Shown in pieces: positions 55,764-64,000 of a stretch of DNA of 64,000 bases. The translations under genes and the position numbers were made by a program. Under the pieces are notes generated by a model, which ran no database searches, was not told where the DNA came from, and worked only from the letters and a program-made list of their open reading frames with translations. Source of the stretch: the human T2T-CHM13v2.0 reference genome, Homo sapiens. The stretch lies in assembly GCF_009914755.1 (NCBI RefSeq), contig NC_060926.1; one strand, given 5' to 3'. Each line of letters opens with the position of its first letter. Within the stretch, counting starts at the first letter, position 1.

Positions 55764-56024
55764 TCTCCAGTGTCTCTTTCTCTTCTTATAAGACAATACC
55801 ATGGTATCTTCAGGAGCTATCACAGGGACTAGCAAAAAGTACCTGATTGGTGTTCTCTAAGACAGCAAAAATCAGATTGCATTCCTATCAAGGTGAGGCT
55901 CATCCTTATGATCCTATTAACCATAACTACCTCCTAAAGGCATTATCTCCAAATACAATCATACTGAGGATTAGGGCTTCAACATACACACACATTTGAA
56001 GGAAACAAAATTCAGTACACAACC
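55632..56024 (-). mobile_element. MLT1A-like MaLR LTR fragment containing (GA)n at 55722-55760
   Basis: ttctggtgaggaccctcttcctgacttgcag ... ctccaaatacaatcatactgaggattagggcttcaacata. Confidence 0.8.
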
Positions 56025-56496
56025 AGACTATGGATCAAGACTAGAAATGGAAAAACACAAGTATGCTAGGATCTTGATTGTGTCTTGAAATGAGTAGTGC
56101 TCATGCATTGAAGAGAAGTAGGTGAACTCAAAATATGTTTAGATGTAGAAACAGTAGAACTTGCAGATGGTTTGGGTGTGGGAAGTGGTACCACTACTAA
56201 AGTGGAAAAGCCTTGGGAGGAAAGATTTGTAAGAAGGAAATGGGCACAGTATTTTAATTTCTATATTTGGGAAATCTATAACTCACCAAACTGGAGATGT
56301 GTGTTGAAAATTGAATGTAATAATCTGGAACTCAGAATATAGATCTAGAGAACAGTGAAAATTTTGGAAATCATTGGCATCAATGCAGAATGAAGTATCA
56401 CCAAGAGAGACCATAGAGTGAGTGGAGCTGAACAACCACAGTAAATTAACACTTAGAGGATGGGGAAAGAAAAAGTAATCTAAAAATAAATTAAGC

Positions 56497-56787
56497 TGGT
56501 GTATATGTATCATATTTTCTTTATCCAATCCACTGTTGATTGGCACCTGGGTTGATTTTATGTCTTTGCCACTGTGAATAGTGTGATGAACATACAAGTG
56601 CATATGTCCTTTTGGTAGAACAGTTTATTTTCCTTTGGGTATATACCCAGTAACACGATGCTGGGTCAAGTGGTAGTTCAACTCTTTGTTCTTTGAGAAA
56701 TCTTCAAATGGCTCTCCAGGGTGGCTGGACTAGTTTATATTCCCACCAACCGTGTATAAATTTCTTCTTTTCTCCATAGCCAACATC

Positions 56788-56827
<40 letters not shown>

Positions 56828-57610
56828 TTTACTTTTAACAGAAGCTATTCTGACTAGTGTGGGATGGTATCTCATTGTGGTTTTGATTTGCATTTCCTGA
56901 TGATTAGCAGTTTTCATATATTTGTTGGCCTCTTTTATGTCTTCTTTTGAGAAGTGTTTGTTCATGTCCTTTGCCCATTTTTTAATGGAGTTATTTCTTT
57001 TTTTCTTGTTGATTTAAGTTCCTTTTAAATTCTAGATATTAGACCTTTGTCAGATGCATAGTTTGTGAATATTTTCTCCTGTTGTGTAGGTTTTCTGTAT
57101 ACTGCTTTGATGTTTTCTCTTGCTGTGCAGAAGCTCTTCAGCTTAATTAGGTCCCACTTATTTTTTTGTTTTTGTTGCAGTTGCTTTTGAGGACTGATGG
57201 AATACTATGCAGCCATGAAAAAGAATGAAATCATGTCCTCTGCAGCATTATGGATGCAGTTAGAGGCTATTTTCTTAAGTGACCTAGTGCAGAAACAGAA
57301 AACCAAATACTGCTTATTCTCATGTATAAGTGGGAGCTAAACACTGGTAACACATGGACACAAAAATATGAAGAATAGACACTGGCGACTATTAGAGCAG
57401 GAAGAGAGGAAGTGGGGCAAGGGCTGAAAAACTGCCTATTGGATACTATGATTACTAACTGGACGATGGATTCAGTCATGTCTCAAACCTCAGCATCATA
57501 CAATATGCCCATGTAACAAACCCACATATGTGCCCCCTAGTTCCAAACTAAAAGTCGAAAAAATAAAATAAAAATTTAAAAACAAAACTATGAATAAATA
57601 AAATTTTTTT
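56497..57610 (+). mobile_element. L1 (L1PA16/PA17/PB4-like) with 5' inversion; 56497-57195 inverted, 57197-57610 sense
   Basis: The inverted arm ends at ...catatacacca and the sense arm starts atggaatactatgcagcc, which are adjacent in L1. (TTA)n at 56790-56826. Confidence 0.9.
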
Positions 57611-57694
57611 TAAAAATAAGAAAGACAGAAAGGCAGGAATAAAACCAGGAAAATGTGTTGCCAGAAGTGGAGAGAGTTTCTAAAAATGAATATC

Positions 57695-58948
57695 TGTGTT
57701 GAGGTCCCCAAGACCATTCCAAGGTTCAATGATTCTCTAGGAAGCCTCACAGGACTCAACACAAGTTGTGCTTACAACTATGATTAATTACATGGTATGA
57801 AAGAATACAAAGCAAAGTCAGCAAAATTAAAGGCAGATGGATAAATTCCAGGGGAAAGCAGGTACAAGCTTCCCAGGATCCTCTCCCAGGGGAGTTGCAC
57901 AGAACACAGGTAATTTCCCCCAGCATCAAGCTGTGACAACAAATATGAAATGTTGCCAACCTAGAAAGCTCGTACAACATTCAGTGCTCAGAGTTTTTAC
58001 TGGGGGCTTATCATATAGGCAACCAATTCCTGGCATGTATGAAAATTCCAGACTCCTTGAAGGAAATCAGGTGATCAATATAAACCATATTGTGTGCACA
58101 GGCAGTTTAGGTACAGTTAGCTACTCTTAAAGAAAACAAAACAAAACAAAACAAAAATAACAGCTTTACTGAGGCATAATTGACATACAAAAATCTGCAC
58201 ATATTGATTGTATATGTTTGGACATATGCATATACATGTGAAACCATCACTATAATCAAGGTAAAAAACTTATCTATCACCTCCAAAAATTTTCTTGTGT
58301 CCCTTGTGAATTTGTTTGTTTTTGTGATAAGAATACTTAATATGAAATCTGCCCTCTAAACAAATATTTAAGCGCATAATACAATATTGGTGACTATAAG
58401 CATTATGCTGCACAACAGGTCTCTAGAGCTAATTCTTCCTGCATAATTGTAATTTACTACCAGCTGAGAAGCAACTCCCTATTTTCTCCTCCCCCTGTTC
58501 CCTGGTAACCACTGTTCTTTTCACTGTTTCTAGGAGTTTGACTATTTCGGGTACCTCATGTAAGTGGAATAATGCAGTGTCCTGCCGTGCCTGGCTTATT
58601 TCATTCAGCATAATGTCCTCCAGGTTCATCCATGTTGTTTGAAATGGCATGATTTCTCTCTTCTTTGAGGCTGAATAATATTCCATTGTACATATTTGTC
58701 ACAATTTCTTTACCCACTCATCTGTCTGTAAATTTTTGGGTTGCTTCCATATGTTGGCTATTATGAATAATGCTGCAATAAATATGGGAGTACAGATATC
58801 TCTTCACAATCCTTATTTCAATAATTACTTCTGGGAGTGGTGGGAATTCTCCTCAAATCAAGATTCTCAGATGCCGGCCGAGGGCAACCTTGTAAGCAGG
58901 ACTTTCTAAGGATAAGCGGTCAGGTCTGCTTTATGTATTTTCTGTGCA
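57695..58948 (-). mobile_element. MER68-like ERVL LTR split by an L1MA
   Basis: tgtgttgaggtccccaagacca ... gggcaaccttgtaagcaggactttctaaggata..tctgtgca. Confidence 0.78.
58155..58822 (-). mobile_element. L1MA10-like 3' fragment
   Basis: cagctttactgaggcataattgacatacaaaaatctgcacatatt ... gggagtacagatatctcttc. Confidence 0.82.
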
Positions 58949-61189
58949 GCACCAAAGTGTCAGATGCTGTTACGGAGGATTAAAGCTAAAGAGAATCAAA
59001 GATTGTCACTGAATTAAGTGATAAGGAAGTTATTCATGACAATACAAAAGCAGTTTTCATACAGGGCAGAGTAAGGCAATTTTTCAAGGGTTGAGGCATA
59101 ATGAAGGGATAAAAGACAGAAGAGAGTCAGTGTAGACAACTCTTTCAAGAAGACTTGTTATGAAGGTAGGAACAGGGAAGGTAGTAGCTAGAAGTAAAAG
59201 TGGAGTAAACGGTGTAATTTTTGTCTTTGTTTTTTAACGGGGAAGTCTGGAACATATTGAAAATCTGGTATTCACAAGTTGGTAGAAAAAGAGAGGTTGA
59301 AGGCACCAGACAGAAAGAAGACAATCAAAAGGATGAGAGTTCTGAAGAGGCAGAGGGAAGGTTGGCTTTAGACTGAAGAAGGGACTTTCCTTTCATTTTG
59401 GTGGGATGCCAGGCAGAATGGATGCATTCAAGGGCACAGAAATCTGAGGTTTTCGCAGCAAGAAGTTGAAATGATTTTTTTCTGGTAGAATTTGTTTCCT
59501 TAAAGAAATGGGAAGTTAGATTTCTACTGTGAGATCTATGAAGATCTACGGATGTGGGTGTTGGAGGATTAACTAAAATGAGAGAGAGTGGAGTAAAGAA
59601 ACACAGTAGGACTGACAGTCTGCTTAATGTTGGTGAACACAAATTTATAACTGCAGTAAATGGCTAATTGGGTGCTTTCTTCACAGACAGTTCAGTAGGA
59701 GAAGGTTGATGTTGGACGTAGTCAGAGGCACACTATTGTTCAGCTTAGGAAACCATGTGAACATGGTGTGGCCTTGAGAAAGCCCTGAAGAGGGCAAAGG
59801 TGGGCAGTGGGGAATACATTAAAAAAATTATTCTGACTTGGCTTTCCTGTCTTGTGTCTCAGGATAGACCTAGAAATTTGATGCTGTTCAACCAGTGTTT
59901 ATTGAACACTTTATATTGTGCCATACACATGTTCTAGATAATAGAGATAGGGACATAGAGAAAGATTATTTTGCATAGCAAAATAACCAAAAGTCTCATT
60001 TACCACAGTATAAAAGAGGTAATTAAAAGAACAAAAGTAAAGGTGATAAAATAATTTCTTATCTGCTCTCCCACAGGTAAATCAATGCTTTATATTATCT
60101 GGAGCTAGCAGGATAGTTTTCCTATATTTTTCTTGTGACTATATACAAAATATCATGACATTTATTACTCATGATTTATTTTGAACTTCTCTTTCTTCAT
60201 TATAATGCATTTTGCTAATTAGTTATTTTCTTATTCTACAACCATTTAAGTTTTATTTATTGGGTTTGTTGTTAAAGATGGTGCACATTATAGAAGCAAT
60301 GCTGGGAGTTGCAATTTCCTCTGTTTTAATAAACCAAGGCTTTAATGAGGTGTCTGGCTGATCCATAGCCCAGAATTTAGAAGAGAAATCAAGCCTTCAT
60401 TGGAAAATGAGGATCTAGACTTTGCTAAAAATGCCACAATACTTTGGCAGTCTGGACTGACAAGAGAGCAAAAAGTTATTTTTAACATTCATTTTATGGT
60501 GATGTTATTCTTGAATATGTAGGCATATTCTGATGAAAGCATTTCCATTTTGAACTTAGAGAAAGTGTTGAGTGTTAAAATAAATTGAGAAAGTACTGTA
60601 GCATTTCATTTTTGTTTCTTATTTAATTCAGCAATCCTAAAAGGGGAAAAATTCTAGAATCAGATGTATAAAACTTCATATGGAATAAATAAATACATCA
60701 ACAATGACACTGTGTTTGTCCATTTTGCTGACATCATATGAAGTATACTATCACAGATTTATCGCATTGTATTTAACAAATATGTTCCTAAATATATAGT
60801 TGTTGCAATAAAATATTTATTACCTCATGTATACTAAGAACTATGCTAACATCCATGAAAGATGCAAATGAACTGTAGTCTCTGCCTCCTGGATTATAGA
60901 GTCTTACTGTAGAAAAAAGTAATCTATCACACAGTTTGAGAGATGTCTAAGACAACAACAATAATACCCTAAATATGTGGCAAAGAAAAGTTTGAGTAGG
61001 GTGCAATTACTCTGAACTGTGGGATCCAGTTACTATTTCAAGAAGCAGCAGCTCCAGGATAAAGTTCCGGGATACACTCTGCCATGATTGAGCTATTTCC
61101 AGTTCTGGCTTAATCCTCTCTCACTCTCTCACATGAAAATGCTAGACTTAATGCTACTTAACGCATTAAGGATTCTTAATGCTACTCCA

Positions 61190-61570
61190 AAACCTCACCT
61201 GGGTTTGATGCCTACATGATTTGTACTTACAACTTCCTCTGCCTGGAAAGCCACACCCAATTCATCAACCTGCTTTTATGACTAATTTCTAGCCTTTCAG
61301 TAGCAACTAAAAAATCACTCACTCAGGGGTGCTTCTCAGACCTGGTTTGGCGGGGTTAGGAAACCCCTTCTCTGTGTTGTTAAAATATCTTCACTTACTT
61401 CTGCCCTTCAGGTAGCCTCCTCACCGATAGGCTGCAAACTCTTTGAAGGCGATATATCCCTGGTAGCCATGAGTATACTGTACAAATGGGGGCCATCATC
61501 AGCCCCTAGAATAATGCCTGGTACATAATGGTCCCTCTAAAAATTATCTCACGGTTGAATGAAAGAGAAC
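61190..61570 (+). mobile_element. L2 3' end
   Basis: ttcctctgcctggaaag...cccctagaataatgcctggtacataatggtcc...gttgaatgaa. Confidence 0.6.
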
Positions 61571-61869
61571 ATTTGATATGGAGAATGCTCTAGTTAAATG
61601 GACACCAACTTTGAATTGTTCCAGAAAAAATGCATCAAAGGCATAACGGTTAACAGCACTATGACTTCCTCTAGGGTCTGTGAGGAGATAAATTTGATTG
61701 CAGTGAAAGAATAAAACTCGGCTCTGGACAAAACGAGTCCCATAAATTGTGAAAAAACTACACCACAGAATTTTGTGGGTGTGTATCTATCATGTGCCTA
61801 TCATTTCTGTTACCTCATTTAATCTGCAAACAACTTTGCCAAATATCTTGTCATGATAACTTATAGACA

Positions 61870-63700
61870 CTTTAAAATTGTCTAAATTCTATTATCTACT
61901 TGCTCTAATTTGATCAATCTTTTATTATAAAAACAACATATGCACATAATGAGCTATTATGCCATTGCCATTTCCAGTTATCTCACAGGTAACCTCTTTT
62001 AACTACTTGTGTTTTTCAGTTTCTGGTGATTAACAATATCTTAGTAATGTCAATATGACTTCATTGCTTGACTTACCAACTTAGGATAGTTTTCTTTTAT
62101 TTAAGCTATTAGAGACTAAAAATTCAGCTCACTTATTCTGCCATCTGCCAAATATTTCCCTTCATTCTGAGTTTCAAGAATTATACTATCATTTTAGTTA
62201 TTCTGCAGGCTTTAAAAAATAATGTAAATAAAGTGTCTGGGCCTACATGTTTGTTCCATCAGCTTGAAACCTAAAAAAGACAAGGCAATGTACTTCCCTA
62301 CACTAACCTACTCCATTTACCACTATCGTACCTACTGTACTATTATTGGAGTATCAAGACTTGTACAATTTTCTTTCTGATAAAACTGTAATTAATTCAA
62401 GTATGTTAATAGTTTGAGATTCTACAAATCTAAATGCCAATAAATAGTATTAATAATATTTGGATTATCCAAATACTACTTTTTAAAAAACAAAGGAGTA
62501 TGATCAAAACCATAAAAAGAAACCCATAGAAAGAAATATAATTCAACATCATGTAAGATATGCTAATGAGAAGAGAATCAGCCAGCATCAATCAAAATAA
62601 TTCTCTTTTTAAATTTTCTATAATTCAAACATGATGTATTTTGCTATGCTTTTTTGAGCATCACCTTCATGTATAGCTCTTTGTTTTTCGGAGGATTTCT
62701 ATTCATATCTCAATGCTTCTTTTATGATACAACTGATATCTTCCAGCTTTTAAGTCATAAAATTTGATGAATAATGTCACTTTTATCTTTCAGTCATAGT
62801 TCTTTATGCGCTCTTTCCCTCTTCCAGCAGAAGAGCCATGTCCCAGAAAAGGACGTGGATCCTAGGATGAAGACAACGTAGAAGAGAGCTACAGCCAGTC
62901 CACAGTGGGCATGTGACTTAAACATATGGGGCCATTTGCTACCTTAGCATTTCTTACTCTGTTCTGATACAGGCTTGAAAGATTTGATACCAATTTAACT
63001 ATCATTTCTTTGCTAAATGATTGATATATTTTATCATATTCTTTCAGAAGTTTTAGAATCTTCCCTTTAATCATTGGTGTCTTGAACTCTTCTAAGCATT
63101 GTCTAAGTGTCAACTTTGTTTCATTCATGCTTCGATTAAAGACTTGTCTCTCTCTAGTTCTAATAAATTTCTCCTCTTCCTCCCTTAATTTTTCTGTGTT
63201 CCCTAGTCTTAATTTAAGTCTTCCAGCTTTTAAGTCATAATATTGACATTTTTATTAGAAACAGATCTTCCTAATTTTATATTTTGAATTTCTGTCCTGT
63301 TTTAACTGTTAATTTAATTGGAAATTAAATTAATTGCAGTTTAAACAAATTGTCCAAGTCATAAGTTAACATCCTATTGGCTTTAGGTTATATGTGATTT
63401 CCTCAACTCATTTCTCATTTTTTCTTTTTCTTTTATTAATGACATTTCTAATGTAAGTACTATGATCTTTTTTTCCTAGAAGTCTTTTTGCAATGAAGAT
63501 AAATGTCTTTTCAATTCTCTTTGGAAATAAAAATTGAAATTAAAAATATTATTTTAACTTTGCTGAATTATATTTGCTTTCCTCTTGAGCAGTTGATTTG
63601 TGTGTTCATTTTGGTACATCTGTATCAAGTCATTTGTTTTCCTCAAATGCTTAGTTGTCTTTAATTTTCTATCATATTTATGAGTAAATGTTGAGGTGGA
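61870..63700 (-). mobile_element. Very old L1 (L1M) fragments including the ORF1 region
   Basis: ORF 62889..63128 (KGKILKLLKE...IVKLVSNLS) resembles L1 ORF1 KEKILKAxRE..IRLxxDxS. Plus strand is T-rich. Confidence 0.5.
62830..62971 (+). mobile_element. MLT1-type LTR 3' fragment
   Basis: agagctacagccagtccacagtgggcatgt...ggggccatttgctaccttagcat...tgataca. Confidence 0.55.
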
Positions 63701-64000
63701 TGATCATAGATAACTGGAGACCTGTTCTAAGCTTCTGACAAGTCTAGTACCTATTTTGTTATTAAAACAATCAAAACATCCTTCTTGTAATTGAAGGACT
63801 GATAACAATGACTGCAAGTCCTGGGTGTCGGGACAAGGTGAGCTGGCTTTCAGGTTTCTTATTAGGGTACACAGATGGGATGTAGGTAGCAAACTGTCCG
63901 TCTCCTCCACCGAAAGAAAAGTGCTTTCCTCTTAAGACACATACCTGCCTTAGGAACCCTAACCTTGCATAAATAAGTTGTTCAAACTCATTGGAAAACT

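Larger units (their letters stand above)
54420..59700 (-). mobile_element. Fragmented L2 elements hosting later insertions
   Basis: Purine-rich L2-like segments at 54420-55615, 56025-56480, 57620-57690 and 58950-59700 (e.g. gccttgtaaactgttttaagaaatttggatttt, gtgtagacaactctttcaagaag). Confidence 0.65.

Overview
AT-rich, CpG-depleted primate (human-like) genomic DNA. It is intergenic or deep intronic and made mostly of nested transposable elements. I recognise no host protein-coding exon and no RNA gene; the ORFs with recognisable protein content come from L1, MaLR, Alu or mariner remnants. Main contents: a full-length dead HSMAR2 mariner split by an MLT2A2 LTR; a near full-length L1PA15-like LINE-1; an 8.3 kb LTR8A-flanked ERV1 provirus with a tRNA-Pro primer site, plus a solo LTR8A; complete THE1C (-) and THE1D (+) MaLR proviruses; and many Alu, MIR, L2 and solo LTR copies. 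The most unusual structure is an L1PA5-type insertion at 52135-53247 with two outward-facing 3' ends inside a single target-site duplication, where the target has an L1 endonuclease site on each strand. There are also several template-switch or templated-insertion scars and one candidate promoter near 12.7 kb. Family names come from recalled consensus sequences, not a database search, so subfamily calls are provisional.
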